Assembly: GCA_963733375.1 (NCBI GenBank)
Contig: CAVTDB010000003.1
Span: forward strand, 96,001 to 160,000
DNA: 64,000 nt
From: Nitrospirota bacterium
GTDB lineage: Bacteria > Nitrospirota > JACRHJ01
Direction: 5' to 3'
A program made the translations under genes and the position numbers. The notes beneath the pieces were generated by a model. The model ran no database searches, had not been told where the DNA came from, and worked only from the letters and a program-made list of their open reading frames with translations. Positions 11,874-22,839 of this stretch are shown piece by piece. Numbering within the stretch: the first letter of the stretch is position 1; the number at the start of each line of letters is the position of its first letter.

Positions 11874-12683
11874 TTATCCGCAGGTCTTACCAATTAGAAC
11901 AGAACATTTTGAATTTGAAAGCACTTGTCTTGATACGCTGCCCAACATCTTCTTAATTCCTCTTAAACCCCTGCAACCCACGGCAATTAAATCCGCTTGC
12001 GTCTCTTCGGCTGATTTCAGTATTTCGCTGGATGGCGTTCCCGATTTCAATTGCACATGGATACTTTTAAAACGGTTTCTTAAGCGGTTCGCTGCCTCCT
12101 GAGCTATTCTTTCAGATTCCATAATGTTTTGATTTGTCCCCGTTACATTCAGAACCGTTACTTCCGTATCATCGGCAAAAGGAACCAACGACAGCAACGC
12201 TCCGGTAGCGAGCGAATGTTCTGAGCCATCCGTGGCAAAGAGGATTTTCATTCTGCCCGATTTTAAATCGGGAGGACGTTTTACAACAATGACAGGCTTT
12301 TTGGAATTGGCCATAATAGACTTCATCACGCTTCCAAAGATAAACGACTCGGCGCCTTTTGCGCCAATGACTATCAGGTCCGCATCCATATTGTCAGCCG
12401 CATCAGGAATGCACTGTTCGGGGGGACCGTCATCAAACGCCACGCTTTTAATTGCCTGTGTCGAACTTAAAATTTGAAGTGCGGGATTAAGCACGTTCGG
12501 CGCGATATTATTTTTTAGATCCTTAAGCGTGCCGAAATAAAAATCCTCGTCGTATTGGAAAGGTATCCAGTCTATGGCGTGAAAAATCGTTATGCTGTCG
12601 GAAGATGAAAGCTGGAGCCGGGCGAGAAACCCGGCCGCCCACTCTGAATATTTGAACCCGTCCGTTGCAAGCAAGATTTTCAT
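11874..12683 (-). CDS. Tandem-domain universal stress protein
   Basis: Two MKIL(L/F)ATDG starts; ADLIVIGAKG and ADLIAVGCRG..LGSVS motifs. Confidence 0.9.
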   Translation of the reverse strand: MKILLATDGFKYSEWAAGFLARLQLSSSDSITIFHAIDWIPFQYDEDFYFGTLKDLKNNIAPNVLNPALQILSSTQAIKSVAFDDGPPEQCIPDAADNMDADLIVIGAKGAESFIFGSVMKSIMANSKKPVIVVKRPPDLKSGRMKILFATDGSEHSLATGALLSLVPFADDTEVTVLNVTGTNQNIMESERIAQEAANRLRNRFKSIHVQLKSGTPSSEILKSAEETQADLIAVGCRGLRGIKKMLGSVSRQVLSNSKCSVLIGKTCG

Positions 12684-12691
12684 TTATTAAA

Positions 12692-13781
12692 CTATTTTTC
12701 TCCAATATAAACATCCACCAACTGGCCGGGATAAATATAGAAGTTTTTGGGTTTCTCAAACCTGAAAATTACCGGCAATACCCTTACATCCACCCTTTCA
12801 GTCCTTTGATTTGACAATTGAATTTTAGGCGATACATATGGCTGGACCCGCACATATTCCAAAGGAATGTGGATATCGGTGCCCCTTATGAACATTTGCG
12901 CATTCATTTTTGGCTGCCTGCGGCAATCTGGGCACAAGTATCTCATCGATATAGCATCTGACACCAAAATAGTTCTGCGAGCTCCCCATGACGAGGACGG
13001 GTTAAACCCCTGCGTATATGTGTCATATGTCCCTTGCGCCGATACGTAGCTGCCGACCGCCGTATTTATGGAAAGCACTCTCCATCCACGGGCGCTTTTA
13101 TGGTGTACTTGGCAAGCAGGGCGTTTGAAGCCTGGTATGCCTTTGTTAAGGCATCATACTGGTTTTCCTGGTTTTTAATATCATAAATCCAGGCTCCGGC
13201 CTTGGTGAGTTCATACTGTCTTCCGGGCGACTTCGAGATTTGCCTTTGCTGTTTTCACTGCGTTTTCCGCGTTATCCAATACGTCTTTGCTCACTGATTT
13301 CGGGTCAAGTTCATATGATTTCCTCTGCTTGTCCATACTGGTCCTGCGCCGTCTTGAGGCTTGCGCTTGCAAAATCCACCTGGGCTTTGGCAATATCCAG
13401 ATTTTCTTTTCTCGGCTGGGCCTTAAGTTCTTTCAAGAGGGCCAGCGCGGCCTCAGCCTGGGATTTCTGCTGCTCGACGGTTGCCCTTTGGACGGAATCG
13501 TCCAACATCAGCAGCGGCTGTCCCTTATGCACATGCTTCCCCTTCGGAGACCAGGATATTTGTGTATTACTCCCTGAGCACTTCAGGATATATATTGATA
13601 TTCTCTCCATTGCTCTGGTAGCTTTCAATGATGCCGTTGGCATAGATGCCTTTTGCGTAAGGATTGGAGGCCGGATTAAACGCCGGAGGCTGGGGCTTTT
13701 TTTCTATGCCGAATATATAGGCGCTCACCAGGCCCGCTATCAGGCCGATGATTGCAAGGAGAATATAATCTTATTCCTCAC
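12692..13781 (-). CDS. HlyD-family periplasmic adaptor, frameshifted
   Basis: N-terminal TM; VHKGQPLLMLDD; coiled coil; ERVDVRVLPVIFRF...YPGQLVDVYIG. Confidence 0.85.
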
Positions 13782-14474
13782 AGTTCCCTCCTTTTTCGAT
13801 GCCGATGATCCTGCCGTCCTCCATTTTCATTATCCTGTCGGCGTATTCAAATATCCTGCTGTCATGGGTAACGATGATGATGCACCGGTTTTCGTTCAGG
13901 ATGTTTTTCTTGACGAAATCCACAATTCTTCTCCCGGTGTCCCCGTCCAGGGAAGCGGTCGGCTCGTCGAATATCAGGATATCGGGACGGCTGGCGATCG
14001 CCCGCGCAATCGCCACCCGTTGCTGCTCTCCTCCGCTCAATTTGACCGGCGGGAGGTATGCCCGGTCCTTGATCCCCACTATCTCCAGATACTCCATGGC
14101 CTCGTTCATGGATTCATTCCAGTCAAGCTTTTTCAGGATCAGGGGGATCGCCACATTTTCGACCGTGGTCAGCCGCGGGAAGAGGTGGTAATCCTGAAAC
14201 ACGAATCCCACCTTGTTCAACCTGAAATCGGCGATCTGGTCGCTTGTCATGTTCCAGATATCCTTGTCCTCGACCTGCACCGAGCCCGAATTCGGCCTGA
14301 GAATTCCCGAGATCAGGCTCAACAAGGTTGTTTTGCCGCTCCCCGACGGGCCCTCAATATAAAGCATTTCCCCGAAGTAGGCATCGAAACTGACGCCTCT
14401 CACGGCGTAAGTTTTGGCTTCTCCCTCGCCGAACCATTTGACCAGTTCGTTGCCTTTACCGCCAGATTGGCCAT
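13771..14474 (-). CDS. ABC transporter ATP-binding protein (LolD/DevA-like), frameshift near 5' end
   Basis: GPSGSGKTT, LSGGEQQRVAIARA, DEPT, VTHD. Confidence 0.93.
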
Positions 14475-14476
14475 TA

Positions 14477-15616
14477 TTATCCCCTGAAAATGTCGAACGG
14501 CTCTATCTTGAGCACTTTCCTGACGCCGATATAACTTGAAATGCCGGCAATGATCAGGACCATGACAAAGGCGAACCCAAGATTTCCGTAAGTTATTCTG
14601 GCTGCGTAGCTTGGCAGCCTGAGTCTTGCCACGGCTATAATCAGGGAGGCCAGGCCGATACCCAGGCCATAGCCGGTAAGGGCGGTGAAAGGTCGCCTGG
14701 AACAGGATCATATAAGACCAGTTCCTTCCCCTTTGCCCCGATCGCTTTTAATGCGCCGAATTTTTCCAGGTTCTCCAGGATGAAGGTATAAAAAGTCTGC
14801 CCTGAAATGGATAAGCCGACAATAAAACTTATCACCGTCATGATAAGGACATTGATGCCGATGCCTGTCTGGTATTTGTAAAAATTGGATATTTTCTGGA
14901 TAAATTCATCTTTCGTCAACGCCTCATATCCAAGCGATTTCACCTGCTGCTTGATGTACGGCACCGCGTCGCTGCTCTTGGGATCGACCAGAATATATGA
15001 GATGGTGAATCTCATGGAGGGGATATACTGAATGGCCCTGTTATACGTGGTGTAAAGGGTCGGAACGCCGAACAGGCCGCTGGACGTGACTTTGGCAATG
15101 CCGACAATGACTCCCCGGTGGTCGTTTATTTCAAATTCGGTACCGAGTTCGGGTTTTCGAGCTTGGGGAATTCCGCATCCTTGACCACAACAAAGGCATT
15201 TTCCGCATAGATGTCCTCGATATTCCCCTCGATGAGCTCAGGCCTGCCAAACAGGCTGGAGTCGTCCAGCCCAAGGACCGTCACCGATTGATAGGCGCCG
15301 CTGCGCAGCTTCACCAGAGCCCCGCCGGAATACAGCGGCACTGCATATTTGACGCCGTTAATGCTCCGTACCGCGTCCAAGTACATAATCCGGCATCGGG
15401 ATGCTGTTCGCCGGGGTATTGACCGCCGGGTCCATCACCCAGAGCTTGGCGCCTACGTTGAGGACGGTGGAGGATGACCGGTGCAGAATGCCGGCGAACA
15501 TCGAGGTCATCATGACCATCAAGAAAGACCGCAAAGGTTATCCCGACAAGCAAGGCGGCAAATTTCCCCTTGTCGTTTACCAGCAGCTTATATGCGATTT
15601 TCAGGATTCCCGGCAC
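14477..15616 (-). CDS. ABC transporter permease (FtsX/DevC-like), frameshifted
   Basis: IAYKLLVNDKGKFAALLVGITFAVF; GQTFYTFILENLEKFGALKAIGA. Confidence 0.85.
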
Positions 15617-15670
15617 AGTATTTCCTTAAATTTTCCGGTTGTTTCAGAATGGTTTAATTTTTATTTAAGT

Positions 15671-16195
15671 TTAGCTTTCGATCTCGTCCAACTCTTCCGG
15701 GGTGAGAACCTTTTCCCCAAGCGGAAAAATTATTTCGTCTTCTCGTTGCATATGCTTCCGGAGCAGTTTTATGTAAATAGAAAGATTGTCCAGCAGCATA
15801 TCGGCTGAAGACTGGGGAGTCACGCCGCAGCAGAATTCTGAATCCTTAGGCTCTGGACTTATGCCTGCTTTCATCCCTCCCGCGTCCTCGGTCCCTGGAA
15901 GGATTTCAGCCATCAATTTAACCATTTTCCGGCATAGGTCATGCTCCGCGAGCATGACGACTACCGGGTCGTATTCTTCTTTAGTTCGCTCTTCCATTTT
16001 GTTGAAGAGGTGCTTTTCCTCCCTGGCCTGATGATAATCGTTCACGTACTCTTTACAAAAACCTAGAAAATCCTCAAATGTGGCTCTGTGTACCTTCCCC
16101 GTCTCGCCAATGAAGGTCCCTTCCCGCTCTGCATCGGCCAGTTTCAGTCTAATTATTTCATGCTCGTTCCTGAGTATTTCAAAAATCTTCTTCAT
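15671..16195 (-). CDS. Hemerythrin-like (HHE) domain protein
   Basis: LRNEHEII, YHQAREEKHLF, MLAEHD, HMQREDEIIFP. Confidence 0.85.
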   Translation of the reverse strand: MKKIFEILRNEHEIIRLKLADAEREGTFIGETGKVHRATFEDFLGFCKEYVNDYHQAREEKHLFNKMEERTKEEYDPVVVMLAEHDLCRKMVKLMAEILPGTEDAGGMKAGISPEPKDSEFCCGVTPQSSADMLLDNLSIYIKLLRKHMQREDEIIFPLGEKVLTPEELDEIES

Positions 16196-16273
16196 ATCAA
16201 CCCGCCCTGACCTCATAGATGTATTTAATTACAGCACACCCGTGGACGCATTTCACCTTCAGTGATATTATAT

Positions 16274-16303
16274 ATTATAACATTTGGGATTATAACATTT
16301 GGG
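16274..16303. repeat. Perfect 15-bp tandem duplication in a divergent promoter region
   Basis: ATTATAACATTTGGG x2. Confidence 0.85.
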
Positions 16304-16553
16304 CTACAATAGAGACGAATAAATGCGCGATAGTTCTTACAATTACATAATTGTTGGTGGGGGGCGGACAATGACCTCTGAACGATGTTTTGGATTTCAT
16401 TACACTGAGAAGGTACGTTAGCGTCAAAAAAGCCACTGAACTCTCAGCCGCCAAGCTGGTTTGACAGCTCTAAGGGGGTGTTATTCTTGTATACAGGTTG
16501 CGGGCAAGGTCAAAATGGCAAATGAGCTGATAGCGACTGAGGTCACATCAGTT

Positions 16554-17555
16554 ATGATCCGAAAGAAATATTCTCCCATAATCATTGCGGTGCTGACGGT
16601 TTTTTCCCTTGTACTCACCGTGCCCGGAGCGATTTCCCGCGCCTATGCCCAGCAAGAGTGTCTTGCCTGCCACGGACAGAAACAATCGCCCTACTTTATC
16701 GATGAGGCGCGCTATAAGGAATCCGTCCACGGCGTATTCCCATGCCAGAGCTGTCATGTAACAATTTCCAGCTACCCCCACACGAATGTCCGAAGAGTCG
16801 ATTGCGGGATATGCCACTTGAAGGAAGCCAGTGGCGCCCCGATGACGCAGGCGCTCCAGTACGTGATGAGTGTTCACGGTAAATTGAGCAAGGAAATAGA
16901 AAATGCGCCGCGTTGCCAGACTTGTCATGGATATCACTATGTCCTGCCCTCGGCGGATCCGCGTTCCGAAACTTTCCGGAAGAAGATCCCTTCCCTGTGC
17001 GCCAGATGCCACCCCGCCGAATACGACGTTTATATAACGAGTATTCACGGCACTGAATTTCTTGGGCAAAACAATATGAAAGCCGCCACCTGCATTGATT
17101 GCCACGAGGAACACCTTATTCCTAATCCCGAAGAAAAAAAATGGAAACTATGGCTAATCGGCGAGTGCGGTTCATGTCACAGGAAACAGCTCGACACCTA
17201 TCATGATACGTATCACGGACGAGTGACCGAACTCGGTTTCACCACCGTGGCCAAATGCTCCGACTGCCACGGTTCGCATGGCATCTTTCCACAAGGAAAC
17301 ATGAAATCTTCCATATCAAGTGAGAATATCCTTAATACCTGCAGGAAATGCCATCCAGGTGCGACGGCCGGTTTCACAAAATATCATGCTCATCCTGATG
17401 TCCATAGCCGTAAGAAAGACCCTGTACTTTACTACACATATATTTTCATGACTGTGCTCCTCGCGGGGGTATTTTGTTTCTTCCTGCCGCATACCCTGCT
17501 CTGGGGGTATCGGTCGCTGAAGGAGCGCATCAGAAAACAGGGGAGAACGGAATGA
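16554..17555 (+). CDS. Nonaheme c-type cytochrome with signal peptide and C-terminal TM (CbcL c-domain-like)
   Basis: Nine CxxCH: CLACH, CQSCH, CGICH, CQTCH, CARCH, CIDCH, CGSCH, CSDCH, CRKCH; start could also be 16515. Confidence 0.9.
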   Translation: MIRKKYSPIIIAVLTVFSLVLTVPGAISRAYAQQECLACHGQKQSPYFIDEARYKESVHGVFPCQSCHVTISSYPHTNVRRVDCGICHLKEASGAPMTQALQYVMSVHGKLSKEIENAPRCQTCHGYHYVLPSADPRSETFRKKIPSLCARCHPAEYDVYITSIHGTEFLGQNNMKAATCIDCHEEHLIPNPEEKKWKLWLIGECGSCHRKQLDTYHDTYHGRVTELGFTTVAKCSDCHGSHGIFPQGNMKSSISSENILNTCRKCHPGATAGFTKYHAHPDVHSRKKDPVLYYTYIFMTVLLAGVFCFFLPHTLLWGYRSLKERIRKQGRTE

Positions 17556-18376
17556 GCGAGGCAGTCTACATAAAGCGGTTCAACGCCTACCAAAGAATTC
17601 TCCATATCATCATGGCCCTGAGCTTCCTTGGCCTTGTAGCGTCTGGGATGCCTCTTAAGTATGCCGAGACCGGCTGGGCCAGTAAGTTTATGCAGGTGGT
17701 CTTTGGAAGTTACCATACCGCCGGAGTAGTGCACCGCATCTGCGCGGTTGTGACATTCGGATACTTCTTTGCCCACATAGTCTACGTGATTTACTACATA
17801 GTCGTCGTCCGCAGGTTTAAGTTCAAGATCTTCGGGCCTGAATCCATGGTGCCCAGGTGGAAAGACGCAAGGGATATTTATGGCAATTTCAAATGGTTTT
17901 TTGGCTTGGGGCCTAGGCCTCGATTTGACAGGTGGGCTTACTGGGAGAAGTTCAACTACTGGGCTGTTTTCTGGGGCGTAGGAATGATCGGCGTATCAGG
18001 ACTTATCCTATGGTTTCCTATTTTCTTTACGCGGTTTCTTCCGGGATGGATTATCAATGTTTCGACTATCATCCACAGCGACGAGGCGCTCCTTGCGTCT
18101 GCCTTCATCTTCACCATCCATTTTTTCAACACCCACTTAAGACCGGAAAAGTTTCCCATGGATACGGTGATTTTCACAGGAAGCTTATCCCAGGAGGAAT
18201 TGAAATTTGACAAGCCGCTTGAATATGAGCGCATAGTCAAGGAAGAAGGGGATACTCGTACAGTCCCCCCTCCGCCCCGATGGCTCTTGTCCGCCGGCAT
18301 TATTTTCGGTGATGTCTTGATAATTGCCGGTCTTATCCTGCTCGCCCTCATAATTTACGGGCAATTTTTTAGCTAA
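17552..18376 (+). CDS. Cytochrome b subunit (FdnI/HydC-like; CbcL b-domain-like)
   Basis: RILHIIMALSF, VVHRICA, YWEKFNYWAVFWG, IIHSDEALLA, IHFFNTHLRPEKFPMD; ATGA overlap with the upstream gene. Confidence 0.88.
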   Translation: MSEAVYIKRFNAYQRILHIIMALSFLGLVASGMPLKYAETGWASKFMQVVFGSYHTAGVVHRICAVVTFGYFFAHIVYVIYYIVVVRRFKFKIFGPESMVPRWKDARDIYGNFKWFFGLGPRPRFDRWAYWEKFNYWAVFWGVGMIGVSGLILWFPIFFTRFLPGWIINVSTIIHSDEALLASAFIFTIHFFNTHLRPEKFPMDTVIFTGSLSQEELKFDKPLEYERIVKEEGDTRTVPPPPRWLLSAGIIFGDVLIIAGLILLALIIYGQFFS

Positions 18377-18409
18377 TTGAAGGTGCCCCCCTTTTATTTG
18401 ACTGCGTTA

Positions 18410-20125
18410 TTACCACCGGGGGTTCCTTTTAAGCCAGCCGTCCAGAATTACCCAAAATATCTTGAACGGGTTAATCCGCCAGCCTTTGATGGGCCAGTCG
18501 ATCTCGTGCTTATAGCACAGCGAGTCGAGCGTGTTAAGGCTGGCTATCTCATCTCGCATGCCGACGGCGACGTTATCCGGGTCGTTTAGCTTATCGTTGA
18601 GTTCGAGCGCCCGCAAGGCATGCTTCCTAACCATCGCACCTTTTTTCTTTCCTATGGCCCCGTACTTTTCCTTGAGGTCGAGCAGTTTGAGCGCTGCGTG
18701 ATACGTGGCCTTCACGATTTCTTCACGCGTCATCCATTTCGTCTCGTAGTTCAAGGTGTACTTCCAACTCGGCATGAGCATGGCTTCCCGGTGTTCTTTG
18801 AGTGTCCGGTAGAAAAACCGGTAGCCGAACTTCTCGGGGTCCTCGAATATGCCGCTGCCAGGGTCGATGAACGGCGCGAGGGGCGCAATAAACGGCAGGA
18901 GCCTGTTGCCGGAACCGTACTTTGCCATGAGTTCGCCGCAGTAGTCCACGGTCTCCATGACCGAACGGTAGTCCTGGTGCGGAAGGCCAACCATGAAGAA
19001 CAGGTCTATACGTTTGCACCCCGTATGAAACAGTTCCTCGACCAGGGTTTCAAGCTCGTCGTTCGTGTAGCATTTTCCGAACGTCTTCCTGACGTTGATG
19101 TCATGGGATTCGGGGGATATCTCGACGTTGAAGGTCTCAATGGAATCCGCGACCCTCTCCAGGAACCCGGCCGGAGGGGGGTTGAAAAACTCCAGGGCGA
19201 TCTCGTTCTTGACGCGGCGCCTTTTGAGGGCGTCGAGGAACCGCTCGCCGTAGTCTCTGCCCGCCTGGAGCAGGTCTCCCAGCACCATCACAGGGGCGAG
19301 GGTATATTCCGATATGCGGTGTATGTCTTCGGCAAGCAACTCCGGAGAGCGGAAACAAGGCCGAGGACGCATGCAGACTTTCTGGAATGCGGAGATCGAA
19401 CCGCCGCAGGAACCGCAGTTGTGGTTGCAACCCCTGCACGAGAATACCGCCGTGACGGGATAGTTGGACCAGTTCTCGAACGGCATATAGCCAGAAGGGT
19501 CGCGGTACTTGATTGCCATCCTCATAAGGTGTGAATAATCAAAACGGACGCGGTCGAGATTTGGGGGCGAATAGGATCGCTCGTTGACCACGATGCGCCC
19601 GTCGGCGTCTCTCCATACGAGGTTGGGCACTGCCTGATAGCCGGTACCGGACTTGATAGCCTCCATGAGCAGCCGCAGAGGCTCCTCCGTGGATTCCCCG
19701 CAGACGACGAAATCCACAAACGGGTAGTCTCTTATTATCTCTTCGTGGAAGTAGGTCGCGCTCAGACCGCCGAGGATGACCGGCTTACCCGGGTGGTGTT
19801 TCTTGACGAGCGCGGCCAGGCTCAGGCTGCCGTCCACATGGGGGAGCCAGTGCAGGTCGATACCGAAGGCAAGCGCGTCGAGCTTCCTGACAAAGGGACC
19901 GGGGTCGAACGACCGGTCCCGCAACATCTTCAGGGCGAGGTTTATTATCCTGACGCTGGTGCCGTGTCGCGTTAGGTACTCCGAGAGGGTGAGGAAACCG
20001 ATGGGGTATATCTCAAAGACCGACGATGAGGGTATGACATCGCTTACTGGGCCGGAGAAAACCGGCTCTTCCCTGAAGTTGAATACGCTTGGCGGGTGGA
20101 GGAGTATCAGGTCGGGCTTGGGCAT
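18410..20125 (-). CDS. B12-binding radical SAM protein (TIGR04190-like)
   Basis: DLILLHPPSVF...SDVIPSSSVFEIYPIGF; GIDLHWLPH; RGCNHNCGSC. Confidence 0.85.
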   Translation of the reverse strand: MPKPDLILLHPPSVFNFREEPVFSGPVSDVIPSSSVFEIYPIGFLTLSEYLTRHGTSVRIINLALKMLRDRSFDPGPFVRKLDALAFGIDLHWLPHVDGSLSLAALVKKHHPGKPVILGGLSATYFHEEIIRDYPFVDFVVCGESTEEPLRLLMEAIKSGTGYQAVPNLVWRDADGRIVVNERSYSPPNLDRVRFDYSHLMRMAIKYRDPSGYMPFENWSNYPVTAVFSCRGCNHNCGSCGGSISAFQKVCMRPRPCFRSPELLAEDIHRISEYTLAPVMVLGDLLQAGRDYGERFLDALKRRRVKNEIALEFFNPPPAGFLERVADSIETFNVEISPESHDINVRKTFGKCYTNDELETLVEELFHTGCKRIDLFFMVGLPHQDYRSVMETVDYCGELMAKYGSGNRLLPFIAPLAPFIDPGSGIFEDPEKFGYRFFYRTLKEHREAMLMPSWKYTLNYETKWMTREEIVKATYHAALKLLDLKEKYGAIGKKKGAMVRKHALRALELNDKLNDPDNVAVGMRDEIASLNTLDSLCYKHEIDWPIKGWRINPFKIFWVILDGWLKRNPRW

Positions 20126-20258
20126 GGGCGTCCTGGTCCTCGGCGTATTCCTGGCGTACAACTCCCGGCCATAATGCTTCTCTCCAGCTTGCCTGAAAGC
20201 CCATCCCTCGATAAAGCGCGTATATTATGTATATCAAAATAGCTGGCTAAATTCAACT

Positions 20259-20393
20259 TTTTGATCAGCGTGCAATTTTGACCCGTAACCGGTATCCTGT
20301 TTGTCCCAGATAAATTGCAACAATATAACGAAGGGTGCCGGGCTTAAGCGCGGATTTCTCTGCCAATGGATCAAATATCGACATCGGTTTACA
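20259..20393. mobile_element. Degenerate IS21-like MITE copy
   Basis: TTGATCAGCGTGCAATTTTGACCC...GGTATCCTGTTTGTCCCAG...TGGATCAAATATCGACATCGGTTTACA. Confidence 0.55.
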
Positions 20394-21522
20394 GTTGTGG
20401 GGGCGCTATTGTTATGCCTTCCCGATTTTCAAAAGCCACACAGTATACCCCCTTGCCATCCACTGCGGGGCCAAAACATTCATTGCAGGAAATGCATCTG
20501 GCTTTGCGGTGGTCACCCTCATGCCAGCGCCTGATTAGTGCCGGTTCGGATATCAGCGGACGGCTGAGAGATATATAATCTGCCGAACCGCTCTTTACCA
20601 AATTGTCCGCGACCTCGTAGGAACGGATGCCGCCAACAAGCATCAGTGGTACGGATACATTTTGTTTATAAGCCTGCGCTGATTCCCTGTAGTAGACTTC
20701 ATTCTCCGGAGTTTTGAGAATGCCCGGACGCGAAGGAATAAGTTTTTCGGGCGAAGCCACTGTACCTCCGGACAGTTCAACAGCATCTACAGTAGCATTT
20801 CCGAGCATGGCCGCAACTTTTATTGCCTCCTCAGACGTCATCCCTCCCTCCATGAAATCGTCTGAGTTAAGCTTTACGAACACCGGGTAAGCGGGTCCCA
20901 CCGACTCCCGTACACTATGCGCCACCTCAAGCAGGAGTCTGGCCCGGCTGTCGAGGCAACCTCCGTATCCGTCCGTCCGTTTGTTGAACACAGGGGAAAG
21001 AAACTGGCTAAGCAGAAAACCGTGGGCTGCATGTATCTGGACAGCATCGAACCCTGCCTTTTTCGCGCGTACGGCCGCCTGGGCGAAAGCGGATTTGAAG
21101 GCTGCAATATCATCTATACCGGCCTGACGGTAGGTCGGTTTCCCCTCGGATTTTCCGGAGGATGGCCCGACAGGGTCCAGCCCGCTCAGCGACTGGTCAG
21201 AGTTTGCCCCTGCGTGTACCAACTGTAAGGCAATCTTTCCGCCGACCGCATGTACAGCCTGCGCCATATCCCGGAGGCCTGGGAGGAAGCGATCGCCGTA
21301 AACTGCCAGTTGCCACCGGCTTGATTGACCTTCTGGGCTGACGAATGCGTAACTGCTGATAATCAAACCAACCTCTCCCTTGGCCAACTCTACCATCATT
21401 TCCGTGAGTTTGTGACTGGCTGATCCGTCCTCGTCCGCCAACCCTTCCCAAGTGGCCGACCGTATAAACCTGTTAGCCAGTTCCAAACCGTTGATGCATG
21501 TGCGTTCAAACAATTTAGGCAT
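20389..21522 (-). CDS. NADH:flavin oxidoreductase (old yellow enzyme family)
   Basis: NRFIRSATWEG, QLVHAG, GFDAVQIHAAHGFLLSQFLSP, CISCNEC; RBS AAGGAG. Confidence 0.93.
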   Translation of the reverse strand: MPKLFERTCINGLELANRFIRSATWEGLADEDGSASHKLTEMMVELAKGEVGLIISSYAFVSPEGQSSRWQLAVYGDRFLPGLRDMAQAVHAVGGKIALQLVHAGANSDQSLSGLDPVGPSSGKSEGKPTYRQAGIDDIAAFKSAFAQAAVRAKKAGFDAVQIHAAHGFLLSQFLSPVFNKRTDGYGGCLDSRARLLLEVAHSVRESVGPAYPVFVKLNSDDFMEGGMTSEEAIKVAAMLGNATVDAVELSGGTVASPEKLIPSRPGILKTPENEVYYRESAQAYKQNVSVPLMLVGGIRSYEVADNLVKSGSADYISLSRPLISEPALIRRWHEGDHRKARCISCNECFGPAVDGKGVYCVAFENREGITIAPPQL

Positions 21523-21544
21523 GACAGTCTCCTTTAGAAGCACA

Positions 21545-21654
21545 CCTGACCCACCTTGCGTGGTCATATCTTGCTGTTATTAATATGATACATTAAATCA
21601 CGCCTGGATCAAGAAAGGGTGCCGATGATGGGTAACTCTGAACGTCGATTTACA
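21545..21654 (+). mobile_element. Degenerate partial IS21-like MITE copy
   Basis: TGACCCACCTT..GGTCATA..TGCTGTTATTAATATGATA..TGCCGATGATGGGT..CGTCGATTTACA. Confidence 0.6.
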
Positions 21655-21674
21655 ATTACAGCCGTGTCCTATCC

Positions 21675-22418
21675 TCAAAATAACTTCTGACAGGCAATCC
21701 CCGCCTTTTCAAATCCCGCCCTCAACTCATCACCCATCTGTTCGAAAAACCCGTCATCCATAGCCCACGTCATCCCATGTTTTTTATACGCCCAGTCTGC
21801 ATAATGATAGTTCAGCCGGTCTAAGAGAACATGGTCAACTTTGCCCTTAAGCATATCAACCAGTCCTTCGGCACCGGGAAGCAGGGGAGCGATCATGACA
21901 AAGGTTTTAATTCCGGCTGAATGCAGAATACCCAGTGCCTCAACCCTTTTGGCAATCGGCGGCGCATTCGGCTCAAATATCTTCCTCACTCTTTCATCCG
22001 CCGTGGTTATGGTGAACCCAACTTCGGAATCCTTGGCTTTTTTCAATAGCTCAATATCTCTCAGAACCAACGGGGATTTAGTCGGAGCCGTAAGCGGCCA
22101 GTCGTTTCCTACGAGGATTTCAATGCATCTCCTGGTGAGCTGATATTTCTTCTCCAGAGGTTGGTATGCATCACAGACCCCGCTTATCCAGACGTTCCCT
22201 TTTTTCTTTTTCTTAACCTCACGGTCTAATAGTTCAGGGGCATTTATCTTAACATCGACAAAATCACCCCATGCTTCACGGTGCCCTGTGAACCGTTTCA
22301 TGAATTTGGCATAACAATAAACACAATTATGCTGACAGCCGACGTAGGCGTTCAGCGCATAATCGTAAATCTGGGATTTCGATAGGATGCTCTTTGCAGC
22401 TATCTCTTTAATGATCAT
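21675..22418 (-). CDS. Radical SAM protein, SplB-like
   Basis: LNAYVGCQHNCVYCYA; DAYQPLEKKYQLTR; TKSPLVLRD. Confidence 0.88.
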   Translation of the reverse strand: MIIKEIAAKSILSKSQIYDYALNAYVGCQHNCVYCYAKFMKRFTGHREAWGDFVDVKINAPELLDREVKKKKKGNVWISGVCDAYQPLEKKYQLTRRCIEILVGNDWPLTAPTKSPLVLRDIELLKKAKDSEVGFTITTADERVRKIFEPNAPPIAKRVEALGILHSAGIKTFVMIAPLLPGAEGLVDMLKGKVDHVLLDRLNYHYADWAYKKHGMTWAMDDGFFEQMGDELRAGFEKAGIACQKLF

Positions 22419-22540
22419 TTCTTTGTTTTTATTTATTCCGTTGCTACTGCTTCAACTGTCGTTGATATTCACTGTATCAGTTCATGAGTTATAGTCAATA
22501 CCCTTGCCTCAAATGAGTGACATCAGGTCCTCCCAGCATA

Positions 22541-22628
22541 AAAAAAGGACCTACGGTTTTTCGTAAGTCCTTGATTTAAAATGGTAGGCGATGTGGGGTT
22601 AGAACCCTCGAACCCTGCCGTGTGAAGG
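22541..22628 (-). mobile_element. att-site remnant: decayed 3' half of tRNA-Val(CAC) plus hairpin and IHF-like site
   Basis: Minus strand CCTTCACACGGCAGGGTTCGAGGGTTCTAACCCCACATCGCCTACCA, then AATCAAGGACTTA (WATCAANNNNTTR). Confidence 0.7.
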
Positions 22629-22786
22629 ACATCTTAAATCATCAACCTCTTTTCCGAATTTCTCCTTTTCTTTCCTTATTCATCCTCATACCCGCGAAAT
22701 CGGATATCCAGCAACATTAAGACATAGTTTAAATATGGTGTAGCCGGAATTACCACCACGCTCGCCCAGTAAAGAAAAGCTGCGAC

Positions 22787-22822
22787 AAAAAAGAGGCTGC
22801 GAATCCGCAGCCTCTTTTTTAT
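22787..22822 (-). terminator. Bidirectional intrinsic terminator
   Basis: AAAAAAGAGGCTGC-GAATCC-GCAGCCTCTTTTTTT. Confidence 0.9.
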
Positions 22823-22839
22823 TTCTGCCTCGTGGAGGG

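Noticed and set aside
13240-14487. 415-aa plus-strand ORF
   Set aside because: Antisense shadow of the ABC ATPase and adaptor genes; no motifs.
18620-19534. 304-aa plus-strand ORF
   Set aside because: Antisense shadow of the B12 radical SAM gene.
22582-22628. Functional tRNA-Val
   Set aside because: No 5' acceptor strand or D arm, and the T arm is mismatched; treated as an att remnant.
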